This document shows, piece after piece, positions 51,014 through 64,000 of a stretch of 64,000 nucleotides of DNA (the first letter of the stretch is position 1; every line of letters starts with the position of its first letter). The position numbers and the translations under genes are program-made. The DNA is from Octopus sinensis (Eukaryota): assembly GCF_006345805.1 (NCBI RefSeq), contig NC_043000.1, positions 141,484,001 to 141,548,000 of the forward strand. Direction: 5' to 3'. The notes beneath the pieces are model-generated. The model made no database searches and was not told the DNA's origin. It saw only the letters and a program-made list of their open reading frames with translations.

Positions 51014-52302
51014 CCAGGGTGCACCCAAAAGAGACCGGAATTTTGGAATATTATTTTATTCATTTCGGTTTACAAGATTACACTTATATTGCCTTCAAAG
51101 AACTCTCCAGAAGCATTTTCCATTGTTCGAATCCGTTCTAGAACTCTTGAGAAGTTATGCCTTTTAACGCCTCCGTCATTTTTTCCTTCATCTCTTCGAC
51201 ATATGCTAAACGTTTTCCTGTAAGGACATTTTTTATTGGGAGGAACAATAATAAAAAAATGTTAGAAGGAGCAAGATCGGGGGAATAGGGAGGGTGGATA
51301 AATGCAATCATGCCATTTTTGGTCAAATTTGTCTCACACACAAAGTGGTATACGAAGGTACATTGTCGTGAAGAACCCACTCCTCAGCATTTTGCTACTG
51401 GTCAGTGGGTTTTCGTCTCACCGTGTCTTACAAACACTTCAAAACTGCCAGGTAAAATGTTTGGTTGACAGTTTAACCAGGAGGAACAAATTGTGAGTGG
51501 ACAATACCTTTCGCATCGATAAAACAAATCAGCATCGACTTGACATTGGACTTCACTTGACGCAATTTTGTTGGGGTGTGGTGACATTGAATACTTCCAG
51601 TAACTTAAGTACTGTTTCGTTTCCGGGTTGCAACGGTAGCACCAGATTATCTCACTAGTGATAACCTTCGAAAAATGGTGCGTATCAATCTCCAACTGTT
51701 CTTTCAGTTCATGACCCACATTCAGTCGTGACTACTTTTGAACGTACATTAGTAACTGAGACAAATTTTGCTGCAATTCTTTCCATTTGCAATTCGTCGC
51801 TCAAAGTTCGTTGACAGAAGCTCCTGGACACACTAATCATATAAACAAGCTTGTCAATGTATAGGCGATGGTCCTCCAAGATCTGTCCATGTATTTTCGT
51901 GTTGTTTTCATTCGTCCTGGACGTCATCATTCGCTCAGAACGATGTTGGTATTCAGGCAGTAAGTGACCATTCTTAAAGGGTGAAAACTACTCGTGAACT
52001 TGTGTTTTGCTCATGACAGTGTGCTAGTAAGCTGTTTGAAGTATGAGAACGGTTTGAGCCGGCGTTTACCCAGCAGCAGAAAACAGAACGTCTCTTTGTT
52101 TCAGCTATTGCAAATTCGACTAAAAAGGGGGAAGGACAGCAACACAAACATGCACCGCGCAGTGGTACGACTTCACAAGAGGATGTCGGTCGATAGACTG
52201 ATGCCTGAGGGTCGCTTCGAGTAGCTTCTATCGGCGAAAGCCTGAACTACAACGGGCTTGTCAAACAGACAACGCTTCCGGTTACTTTTGGGTATCTCCT
52301 CG
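51014..52302 (-). mobile_element. full-length inactive mariner transposon (1289 bp)
   Basis: TIRs C(C/G)AGG...ACCCAAAAG(A/T)(G/A)ACCGGAA with TA on both sides; transposase remnants HPPYSPDLAPS, VITSEIIWCY..NPETK and IAAKFV; many stops and frameshifts. Confidence 0.92.
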
Positions 52303-52342
52303 TATGTATGCTTGTATGTGTCTCTATATATACACACATACA

Positions 52343-52382
<40 letters not shown>

Positions 52383-52629
52383 CATACATTCGTTGCATCT
52401 TTATTTCTGAATAACTTGTATGTAATGGGTATATATGAAACAAAAGTAATATCAAAATGATATTTATATGTACGGTTGGGTGTGGGTTTGTATATACATA
52501 CATATATACATATATATGTATACATATAAACATATATGTATATATATAAATATGTATGTATGTAAATATATATATATGCATAAATATGTTTGTATATTAA
52601 TGTACACACACATATATATATATATATAT

Positions 52630-52660
<31 letters not shown>

Positions 52661-53599
52661 ATAAATGCATATATATGTGTATATGTAGATGTGTGTGTGT
52701 AAGTACGCATGTACCCACACGTTAACACACTTTATCACAAATGAAGATAAGAGGATATTAGTATCACATATATTATCCAGTTATGATCATTTCATTTACA
52801 GCTGGGATAGCGAAATCCTTTAATATACTGGAACATATATAAACAATGGTTATGCTAGTTCATAAGTTATTGAAGGAAAGTCCAATCATATCATTTCATC
52901 ATAAGTTTCAAGCATAATTCTCTTGCACATGTATACACGGTCATAAATACTATCACTGAGAAGGGATTACAATGTATTAGCGAGAGAATAACTAAATTGA
53001 CAAACCAAGAGTGTGGTGTGAAGTTAGGGAAATAATGCGGTAGAAAAGCGTACATACAAATAGATAAAATTGATTATGGCACAAAGGTCGCGAGTAGAAG
53101 TAAGACAAATGATGGATAGCGTTATAAGCAGTCTAAGCAGAGATGAATGTCTTCAAATGTGGATAGCAACAAATGCAAATGTATCCATAAAGAGGCTTTA
53201 ATTAACAAGAATGGGTAACTCTTGGGAAACATGCGAGCAACAAGGATGATATATTAGATGAAATAAGAAAAGAAAGGGCAAGAGAGAGAAGGAGTTCTCC
53301 CCCAAATTATAAGAGGACTACGAAGAATATGACTATGGAAAAATAGAAAGATAGAGGTACAATAAAACGGTCTGGTTAACATCCCATGAAATTTAATAGA
53401 ATACCAAGCCAAATTCATTGTTAAAATATAATAGTAAAATAATATATATAATATGATATCAAAATAATGATGAAATAAAATTAGTACTATATGTCGAGTC
53501 AGTATACAGTTATACAATTAAGTGAAAACATCAAGTGAAAATCTTCAAGTTTCATTGAGGTACCAGATAATAAAAGGATGATTGATATTCTAGAAAGCA

Positions 53600-53690
53600 T
53601 GAGGGCTACGAGCTGGCAGGATAAAATAGGTACCAGTTGAGCACTGGGGTCATGTCATCAATTTACCCCGCCCTTCGAAGTTACTGGCCT
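53600..53690 (+). mobile_element. internally deleted family A SINE fragment
   Basis: CGAGCTGGCAG joined directly to GATAAAATAGGTACCAGTTGAGCACTGGGGTC. Confidence 0.55.
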
Positions 53691-54910
53691 TCATATTGTC
53701 TACGTTTCCATTTTTATGAAATATAAAGTTGTTTAACGTTAGTACTTCAAAACACACTTGGCGGTATTACAATGTACATAGATCTCCGGGGAATGTTGGA
53801 GGAAAAAAAAATGTGATAATCTACGTATTGTGAGTTGAGGGAAATCGTGGAGCTAGGTACGAAAGTTTACTGTCTCTGCTCCGGCGAATACGGTGCTGTT
53901 GGAAACTTCGTTCTTTTTATTTTGAATTGGACTACGCAAGTTTGATTGTGGTTAGTCAGAAATTGAAATGTCAATTTATCGACATACTACACATCAGATG
54001 ACCAAATTCTATTGATTGGATTTCGCTGCCTACAGTATCAAGGCGCCTACCTTAACAGGAACTGCACATCTTCCTTATTTCATTTCGTAACAGTTGTCGG
54101 CTCCAATATCGTCACTTACGCTTTGTTTGTTATGCCTTTTTTTATTCGATTGACTGACATTTTCGCAACCCTGTTTTTCTTATAGCTTCTTTACAAAAGC
54201 TAAAAGATTTTCATTTTCACCTTTTGTTGAAGATTGTTCCATCAACTCCTGCTTAATTTATACTCTAGACCTGTACTTGAAATATTCTCGTGTCTGGGAC
54301 GTTATATTGAATTTCAAGTATCTGCATCCTTTTCTAATGGTCACGCCTAAGCAAGAGCCCAAATGTTGGTCAAAACCTTGGAATCTGCGCTTAGCAGAAA
54401 TTATTACAGTTGTCCCGTTTGTTCGTGTCTATTCTTAACAAAACCTCAGCTCATCGAGTCAAAGAAATGGGTATTCGCACATTCTTCTGCCATTTGCAGT
54501 ACATATTGATATAGTGGTAATTGAGCAAGTCTAGCACAAGATTATAAAGCATGCCAATCTATCCAAATCTGAAGATTTGCCTCGTGTACCGCTAACCTCC
54601 ATTACCTGTATTTCAGGTACTGTTACGAGTTCTTCGTAATACTCCACATCCGTTAATGTGATTCTCAGTCGTCAACGTAGGCAGGTTTTAATATATCCAA
54701 CAAAAGTTGCATTGGAGTGATAGGAAACACTTTTAAAGAGATATAAATGCAGCATTTGGTTTCTTTCAGAGATGAAAATAAAAGACATGCAACATCGTTA
54801 TCCAATACGGAATGGACACTTAAAGAGAGAGATGTGAGCAACTTCAATAAAAACTGGAGCAGAGTATCTGAGGCCAGAAAATACAGGGGACTTGATTGGT
54901 CAAATTGATA

Positions 54911-55110
54911 GTGTGTGCCGGGGCATTTTCATGGTGTAGGAATGTGCGTCTTTGATTAGCCAATGCTGGGTGGCCGCTTTCAAGACATCAAATACTCACT
55001 GCTGGTTTTGAAAATCCTGTTTAGCGTCCATTGCCAGGCCACCTGAGACTCTCTCACAATGCAACACCCCCCTCTAAATTCCACCAAACCCACAACATGA
55101 CCTTACGCTC
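54911..55110 (-). mobile_element. mariner transposase fragment (different family)
   Basis: Minus strand KVMLWVWWNLEG and FLHHENAPAHT, matching mariner KVML.VWW and HHDNAPAH motifs. Confidence 0.7.
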
Positions 55111-55629
55111 AAATCACCGTTAGTTGACAACATATTTTGAAGCCTGGTCGTTAACGAAGCCACTGATTAGGATTACAAAGATGAAACAAAATTTCTTCCC
55201 AAGTTACAATTCAACGCCAAAAACGGGCATCTCGAGGATTTGCTAGCATTTGCTTGCAAATCTTCACACAGCATTGAGCCTGATCATTGATTATTTCATG
55301 TGGAGCTTCTCGATAGCGTCTATTCACCAGACCGAGCTTATGGAAGTTTCGATTGATGGTGTTTTGTGACTGACCAAATTCCACCGACTATGTACGAGTG
55401 CTTGTGCTTGGCATTCCAAGCCAGGCTCTATCTTTCACAACAGAAGGTCACTCTGACATTTATCTGTTTTCGAGGCTGGTGTCATCTTTCTTGAAACGAC
55501 TGAACAAGTTTTGTGTCACACGTTAGTTGACAGTTCCGGTTGTTTCTGTTACTGTTGCTGCTTCTTTCTTGTTGGTGTTGTTGTTATTGCAGTTAAGCCA
55601 CAAGACGGTTAAAGGGTGATTAGGTGATG

Positions 55630-56250
55630 GTCTAGAGCTTAGGGGCGGGAAACCCCAGATCTTTGAAACAAAAAAATTTGGTCGTCTTGTTGTAGTCTAG
55701 GGCTCTTCGTTGACGCCCGACACCACTGGGAGGTGGTCCTCGAAGTCGCTGAAAATGGTGATCTCCACATCCAAATTTTTGAACGGCTCTTGTTGGTGCT
55801 GTGACATTGACGTTGGTAATAGTAGGGAATACATTATATCCTCTCCTGCTGTAAATTGAAAGCACTTAGATAGTTTGTGTCACTGCATGCGTGAAACTTA
55901 GTCGTTTTATCCTTCACCGTCACAAATAGTTATAAGCCACCCAGCAGGTTGGTACGTTTGTAATGTTTTCTATACTTTCTTATTTGGTTTTATCACACTG
56001 CCAGGCCATTTTTAGTTCTGCGAGCTACGTTCATTTTTATTTCGATATCTCGCAAATCAGCCACTATCAACCTGCAGATGCGTGTTTCTGGTGGTGCACC
56101 TACCACTCTCAAGCCCAAGTAGAGCGGTATGAGGATCAGTTTGCCACTCTTTAAAAGTGTTATAGAATGTCTCCTGGCTAAACCCACGGTGGGAAATATC
56201 ATCTCTTCCATGCGAACGTGTTCCCTGGGACGACGTTTTTACTTCCATTA
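55630..56250 (-). mobile_element. degraded RTE-type LINE apurinic endonuclease region
   Basis: SITLLKSGKLILI..L.LRV..APPETR, NGLAV, TITNVNVTAPT and ITIFSDF resemble the APE motifs NVRTL..GKL, ETR, GV, NxYAPT and GDFN. Confidence 0.55.
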
Positions 56251-57032
56251 TTGATTAAATAACCAACGTTTGAATTACATTAACGAAAGCATCAATTGCT
56301 GACGTACCAATTCCGGTGTTGATGTTATTCATATTGTTAACGAAAATGCTGGTGGGTTGGCTGTTTGTGGTGGGAGGCGTGCTCGTAGTATTGGTAAAGT
56401 GTGTTAATACTTTTGTTAATTTTTTCTTCATGCTTATTATCAGTGTTGTTGTTTTTGTTGCTGCAATTCATTTTTTTTTTTGTTGCCGCCGCTTCTGCTC
56501 TTCCATACATTTCTTGTCTTAGTTGCTTGTATTATTTCTGCAGTCGTGTTTGTGGCTGCGATAAAGACAGTGGTGTTGTCGTAGTCCATTCTTCCTTTCC
56601 TGTTGCTATTGTTTTTATGATTGTCCTTGTCATTTCTGTCACATACATGGTGGTGTCATTGGTTTGACTAAAGATGAGGAATTCAGCTTCAAAACAGCTG
56701 TTTCTAACAGTATTTACTTTTTTCCCGTTATCTGAGCGAATATTTCCATATCATATAATTATTTTTTTCAAGTAGTTGTAGAGGGCGATGAACCTATTTT
56801 TTGCTGGCGTAAACGAAACATAACTGAAGAGTTTCTATTGTTCCTGGGCAATTTAACAACAGCACACAGCAGACGTTTCGGGACTGACGTTTAGAACAAA
56901 TGAAAAGAGAAAGAGAACTTACGATTAATTTGAAGGTGCGTCTTGCCAATACATAGCTAATAACAGAAAGAACAGCAGCAGAAGCATCAACAGCAGTAAT
57001 AACAGGAAGATTGTTGTTGTTGTTGTTGTTGT

Positions 57033-57072
<40 letters not shown>

Positions 57073-57094
57073 TGTTGTTGTGGCAGCAGCAGCA

Positions 57095-57670
57095 GAAGAA
57101 GAAGATAAAGAAGAAGGAGAAGAAGAAGAAGAAAAAAGAGAAGAAGGAGAAGAAGACGAAGAAGATGAAGGAGAAGAAGAAGAAGAAGAAGAAGAGAAGA
57201 AGAAGAAGAGAAGAAGAAGAAGAAGAAGAAGAAGAAGAAGAAAAAGAGAAGGAGAAGAAGACGAAGAAGATGAAGGAGAAGAAGAAGAAGAAGAAGAAGA
57301 AGAAGAAGAAAAAGAGGAGAAGGAGAAGAAGACGAAGAAGATGAAGAAGAAGAAGAAGAGAAAAAAGAGGAGAAGGAGAAGAAGACGAATAAGATGAAGG
57401 AGAAGAAGAAGAGAAGAAGAAGAAGAAGAAGAAGAAGAGAAGAAGAAGAAGAAGAAGGAGAAGAAGAAGAAAAAGAGAAGGAGAAGACGAAGAAGATGAA
57501 GGAGAAGAAGAAGAAGAAGAAGAAGAAGAAGAAGAAAAAGAAAAAGAGAAGGAGAAGAAGACGAAGAAGATGAAGAAGGCGAGGAAGAAGAAGAAGAAGA
57601 AGAAGAAGAAGAAGAAGAAGAAGAAGAAGAAGAAGAAGAAGAAGAAGAAGAAGAAGAAAAGAAAAAGAAA
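57095..57670. repeat. (GAA)n-based polypurine tract with higher-order repeat
   Basis: Recurring GGAGAAGAAGACGAAGAAGATGAA units separated by (GAA)n. Confidence 0.9.
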
Positions 57671-58027
57671 CATCGATAATAATAACAAGAACTTATAACA
57701 TTCAAAGGTCATAGAGTCATAAGTGCCGGGTTTTTGTCGATATAATATAGTGTAATGCAAGATTGTGTATTATTTTATCGAGCCCAGAAGGATAAAATGG
57801 CAAAGTCGACGGTCTTAGAACCGAGAATCAGAACGTAAGATAGAAAGGAGTCAAGACATTTAAATATATAGACGACAGTTTGCCAGATTCCCTAACAAAG
57901 CCACAACATCATTCACCGCTAACAATAACATCCAAATACTATTTACGTGTATCCGTCTCCACCACAACACATCTTGTACTACGAATGTAGCTCCCGCTGT
58001 CACCACTACCGCCGCCGCCGCTGCAGC

Positions 58028-58038
58028 TGCTGCTAATG

Positions 58039-58101
<63 letters not shown>

Positions 58102-58205
58102 ATAATAATAATAATAATAATGCTACTACTACTGCTGCTGATGCTACTACTACTACTACTATTACTACTAACTACTACTACTACTTCCACTACTACTACT
58201 ACTAT

Positions 58206-58272
<67 letters not shown>

Positions 58273-58310
58273 GCTACTACTACTACTACTACTACTAATG
58301 ATACTACTAC
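58028..58310. repeat. (ACT)n compound microsatellite
   Basis: Long (CTA)n with ACC/AAT variants. Confidence 0.9.
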
Positions 58311-58482
58311 TTTCGAGGAGACATCACCACTAAACAAAAGTCAACTACAACAACGCCAACCAACTGATAACGTGACAACTACCACCGATCTCTCAGCACA
58401 AAGGAAAACATCAGGAACAAAAAAAAGCCATATTTGTTTGTTTCTTTAGGTATTTGCATTTTTTTCATCCAAACTATATACA

Positions 58483-58518
<36 letters not shown>

Positions 58519-58844
58519 TATATTATGCTCACATATATATATATATGTATGTATATATATAGATCTATATCTATTTACATATATACAAATATATATCCTA
58601 TATATTTATGTGTGTTCATATATATGCATATATATATATACATACATGCATATATATATATATATATATATATATGTTAATAAAATAGAATATATGCATA
58701 TATATAAACATATATGTACGTACCTACCTCTACATGTACATATACACGCATATATGTGTACAGGACACCAAAAAGACGTCGAACACATAGAGAGACGAAA
58801 CACATAGACACAAACCAAGGACAAGACAAGCAAAAAAGGGAGAG

Positions 58845-58898
<54 letters not shown>

Positions 58899-60109
58899 GC
58901 ATATATATACTTATACATCCATCCATATATATATATATAATATATATATATATATATAGACATATACATCCTATATATATGTACAGATATGTGTGTATAT
59001 ACATACATATACGTATATATATATATATATATATATTAATGTGTTTATATATATATATATTCTTCTGAGTATTAGTAATGGCGGCTGGTGAAAAAAAGAG
59101 AAAGAAATTGATGTTGTTTACAACAGGACTTACGCGTTTAGTTATTTGTTCTTTATCTTTCTACCTTTCGCTTCTTGATTTCTCAGTATGACTACATATG
59201 AGTGTATCTATGTATTCATATATAAATGTATATATTCCGTGTGTATTTTTGCTTGCTTGTATGTGTTTCTGTGTACGTATGTATTTGCGTGTGATTGTGT
59301 GTCTGTGTGCGTCTGTTCCTCAATGTAATTGTGTTATGTGTTTGCATACTGATGTGTCTGTGTTCCTTTCTACTCAGCTTTATGTTCAAGGATTAACGTT
59401 ATATGCTTTGCTTTATATATTGAGGTCTGTCATTATTCATAATCGTCAACAGTTGATGTCGGTTAGCCATTTTCTCTTTGCCATCAAATATTCGAATTCT
59501 ATAGGAATCGATTTGTTATGTATTTATTTTTATTTTTATTCTTATTCTTATCCAGACATTTCGCATACATATACGCAGGTATACAAGGACACAGTCAAAT
59601 ACATATGCACAATAGCATACGGACACACAAATACGTACGTACACAATCACTTACACAGAATAATGTATAACAACGTTCAAAACTTTCTTCTTCATTCTAT
59701 TTCTGTTTCATCCTCTCTTTCTGTCTTTCTTTCCCCATTATTCCCACATACATAAAGTCATAGAGATACTTATACGTGTATCTACGTGTAATAGAAATTG
59801 TGTTTGCATGTATGTGTATATACATACATACATATACATACATATATAAACATATATATATATATATACAAATATTTCTGTGTATGTGTTTATATATATA
59901 TCCCCCACGTATACGTATGCATATACACTTGTGCACACTTACCTACATATACTGCAGAAACATATGCGTATATAAATATTAATATATACTCAGACATACA
60001 CATACTCACACATCCATATCTATATATTGGCTATGTGTGTCCATATGGATGTACATACGTACATATGTATATGCATGCGTATATATAATATGTGTATATA
60101 TTATATATC

Positions 60110-60210
<101 letters not shown>

Positions 60211-60351
60211 TGTATACGTACATGTTTATAAACACAGTTATATGTATATATATACGAGTTAGTATTACATATGTATGAATGTATATAGCTACGCATGTGT
60301 GCTATTACGCACGTGTATGCGTGTACATTGCCGTACATACATGTATGTATG

Positions 60352-60384
<33 letters not shown>

Positions 60385-60599
60385 GTATACATACATGTAT
60401 AATATGCATACACCTATATGTATACATACAGACATATATATACATAGACACGCACATACACATATATAGATATCCCAATCTTTTTTCTGTGTGTTACTGT
60501 TTCTCTAATATTCCACTATTCTTTATATACAATTGTATTTATTTTCTTTGTTTTTGCCTCCGCCTTTCACGGTCGCTAACCAAAGATGGATGCAATTTC

Positions 60600-61430
60600 T
60601 GTATTGATTCGGATAAATAGCTGAGTGTATGAAGACAGGATCTAGTGTGCAAACGAGTCTGATAGATGAAGGTATGTAGATGATACAAGAGGAAGAGTAC
60701 TGGCAGGAGCAAACGAGAAATAGAATGGAAGAGAATGCTTGAGAAATGTGAAAGAGGAAAGAAAGTGAGAGATTAAATACGAAGGTGGAATACAAGAAAC
60801 AAGAAAATTAGAAAATCATAAATATTAGAGAATGAGCGATGAAGAACTTGAGATATATGTAAAGATAGTTGTTTAGTTTAATACATACATATATACATAA
60901 GTTAGACGGATAGACAAATTCACACTGAAAGACAGACCCACAGATAGAAACACAGACAGACGGAGAGGCAGATAGATAGATTATAAGAGAGATTAAAAAG
61001 CGAGAAAAAAGAAAGACAGAATAATGTATTGATATAAGGGTTACACCGGCTAATGGAATAAGAGAGAAAGTGTGTTATAGGTTGAAATATAGAAAGCGAC
61101 AGAAATAAAAGCGTACGTAAAACATCATGATGTATTATGAGTTGTTTTACTTTTTCTTTCTGTATGTGAGGATTATGGAAGAATAGTGTGAATATATAGT
61201 GCTCTATGATGAACAATAAATGCTTAAGAAATCAATAACTAGCTGAGAAAGCTGGGGTTTTGAGAAACGGTTGAAGTGTACGTTTGAGGAAGCGATGTCA
61301 GTTGAAAGAGCTGACTAAATAATTCATCCACCTGATATTGCAGAAGCTCTGAGATCTAGGTCAAGTGGACGTAATGTTGAGGTAACGGTAACTCATATAA
61401 ATAATAGTGGGCCGAATCCTAGCTATGCTT
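60600..61430 (-). mobile_element. probable degraded LINE remnants (similar piece at 34060-34230)
   Basis: Purine-rich plus strand; GTTTGAGGAA(A)GCG...TGGACGTAATG is shared between about 34113-34200 and 61281-61378. Clade not resolved. Confidence 0.3.
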
Positions 61431-63130
61431 GACAATATTATAGAAAACTGCTCACGTAGAGATGGAAGGAGTATGGTAACAGCTCAGAATCCCGGCTGAA
61501 AAAGACATCCGATTAATATCTATTTGGTGATATGTGAAGATGATTGAAGAATAGAATTTTTACACTAGTCAATCTGCCTGTTAATATTGCTCTTTTATTA
61601 TGTGTTAAACAGGCGGTAAATTTGATAGGGGGGGGATGTGTTAAGCTTTACGAAGATCATAATCCTCTGAAGTGAATTCAAACAGGTTCAAAAAGATTTT
61701 GCAGATACTTATATCCGAAGGTGTTCTTTTCATTCAACCAGTTAATATTGCAGCCGAATCAGAAAGACCTAATTATCATAAAATAATTTATAATGCTCAG
61801 TTTTTCTCTTCTTTCCCTTAAAATTCTGAGTTCAACCTGCTGAAAAGAAATTAGTAAACGGTTACATGAAATTTTGAAATGAATATTAAATAATAAATTC
61901 ATTCAGGTCTTCTTTATTTGTATAATATTTAACAAAGCACTCTCTCTAATGTTTAATATTTTTCATATAAAATATTTTTACATTTATAAATTCATGCCAT
62001 TTGTCACAACATCCGATCCGTTATGTTTGTGAAAAACAGTTATCTTTTTATGTTTTAAACTATCAGTGGTTGTTTGTTTACTTGCTATATATCCACTTCG
62101 ATGACTAGGTTTTCTCTGAGGGTTCTGATGCTTGACTTTGAATGATATCGTCTTTATCTTCGCGTTTTCTTTTATGATTTTTATGATTTTTGCATTTAGA
62201 AAGTGTCTGGCTTTTTTCGTTACAAGCTATTTTGTTTATAATCCTGTTTTATTATACGTTACTGGTTTTAGAAATGTGTTTATTGCCTTACTTGCTTTAT
62301 CTACATTTAATTCTTCAGATTTACATTTTCGATGTTATAAGTGATAGCCAACTGATAACAATTTGTTTGTTTGACAAGGTTTAGTCTTTCTAACGTTGTT
62401 GTATAGCAATGTAGTAACTGTTGCATTTCAATGACCATTGAGATCGTTTGATTGTGCATATCATTCTTTGGAACTGTAGTTATGGCTGTTTTCTTATAAG
62501 TTGCACATTTCGTGACTTAAAAGTTGGTGAAAATATCTGGAATATAGATTCTATTGATTGTATTTTTCCTCTTTTCAGTACATGATAGATCTAACTGAGG
62601 TATTTACCTCTCGTAATAATGCCCTTGCGTACTTTTTTGTTAATACATGTGTCCGAATAACGTTAGATATTATTTTGATACGTGTATGTTTCTAGTTTCG
62701 TTTTTCCTTTATATTATAAATTTGTGAAACGTTACTTTTAGTTGCGGGAAATACGCGAAACTTGTTCTCATTTATCAAGTACAAGGTTAGTTTCCTTGTA
62801 ATTGCTCTAAAGAAAAAAAGAAAAGAAAACAACATGCAGGCGATTTATGTTTTACAAATATAGTCTACAACCTTCCACTTATCTTAACCTTACACAAAAA
62901 AATCAAAACTATTTGAAGCTTTCTGACGCATGCAGATTTTTTGTTTCGGCAATTTCCAAACTGAATCACTCTGATTCATGACAGCAAACGTCCCCACCCC
63001 ACCCCAATGATGCACTTAGTTTACCTATATTTCTCTTGCTTGTAGCTATGCACTTCGCTTCTTTTACAAACAAACACTTAACACGTTTTTATGCTAACTT
63101 TATCAGCATGCGCAATGTAATTAATCAAAT

Positions 63131-63510
63131 AGGTGCAGGAGTGGCTGTGTAGTAAGTAGCTTGCTTACCAACCACGTGGCACCTTGGGCAAGTGTCTTCT
63201 ACTATAGCCTCGGGCCGATCAAATCCGTGTGAGTGGATTTGGTAGACAGAATCTGAAAGAAAGCCGTCGTATATATGTATATGAGTGTGTGTGTTTGTGT
63301 GTCTGTGTTTGTCCCCCTCAACATCACTTGACAAACGATGCTGGTGTGTTTAAGTCCCCGTAACTTAGCGGTTCGGCAAAAAGACACCGATAGAGTAAGT
63401 ACTAGGCTTACAAAGAATAAGTCCTGGGGTCGATTTGCTCGACTAAAGGCGGTGCTCCAGCATGGTCGCAGTCAAATGACTGAAACAAGTAAAAGAGTAA
63501 AAGAGTAAAT
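63131..63510 (+). mobile_element. family B SINE lacking the B-box segment
   Basis: AGGTGCAGGAGTGGCTGTGTAGTAAG...AACCAC|GTGGCACC; intact body and tail (AAAAGAGT)n. Confidence 0.9.
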
Positions 63511-64000
63511 CAAATGACTATAAATTCAGACTTGAAACATAATAAAATGCAGCGAATAATAACGATGTGATAATACCTAGAAATAAAGCAGGAGAATATT
63601 AAAATGTATTAGAATATATAATACTTATCGAAAATATATAATTTTATATAAAACGCTATTTCTGGTAGTCACATGTAAAAATGTTTACAGCAAATTTCAA
63701 TATTTGAACATATGCGTAATATGATTTGCATTGAAAACTTTGATGTACTTGTCTTAAACAATTCCTAGTTTTATTGAGGTACATATTAATATCCCTCTAA
63801 AGCTTGCTCTAGACTAAATTTTAACAATTTTCTCCAATGTGAAAAAGGGAAAAATCATTGAATTCTACAATAATGCCTTCTCTATATTTTAGTCACGATA
63901 TTTCAATGACCTGTACGTTTGTCTTATGTAAACAATGGGGCTTCAATGAAGCCGGCAGCGTTCATCTCGTCCGAAAGGCATCTTACAAAGATGTACGTAA

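Noticed and set aside
54400-54850. Interrupted minus-strand frame HLYLFKSVSYHSN...VPEIQVMEVSGTR as a transposase or exon
   Set aside because: In-frame stops and no motif I can assign with confidence.
56794-57760. Long ORFs (303 aa, 242 aa) and similar ORFs across microsatellites
   Set aside because: Homopolymeric or dipeptide translations of (GAA)n, (TA)n, (TATC)n and (ATT)n; stop-free by repeat composition, not coding.
59198-59755. 185-aa ORF
   Set aside because: Low-complexity TG/TA-rich sequence with no domain signature.

Overview
AT-rich, microsatellite-dense animal genomic DNA, intronic or intergenic in character. The SINE, Helitron and Penelope-type repeat families look like octopus (coleoid cephalopod) repeats; this is recognition from memory and needs a BLAST check. 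No complete host gene is identifiable, only a few low-confidence candidate exons. The dominant structure is an 11.5-kb nest (about 11.45-23.0 kb) of R4/Dong-clade non-LTR retrotransposons (RT plus restriction-like endonuclease) stacked in (TAA)n microsatellite. It holds a near full-length 3.9-kb copy, a very similar 5'-truncated sister, an RT-less deletion derivative, older families and a fold-back inversion. Next comes a 2.9-kb A-B-A-B-A duplication whose middle A copy is a recombinant. The window also has a Penelope-like (Naiad-type) RT remnant, a full-length dead mariner, a non-autonomous Helitron, MITEs, an Academ-like fragment, RTE remnants and many tRNA-derived SINEs. The most unusual signal is a short Penelope-type module, present five times and usually next to (TA)n. 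Four copies carry a minimal type I hammerhead-ribozyme fold with a family-wide non-canonical core (CUGUUGA, A6U). One copy is inserted precisely inside the PLE RT thumb.
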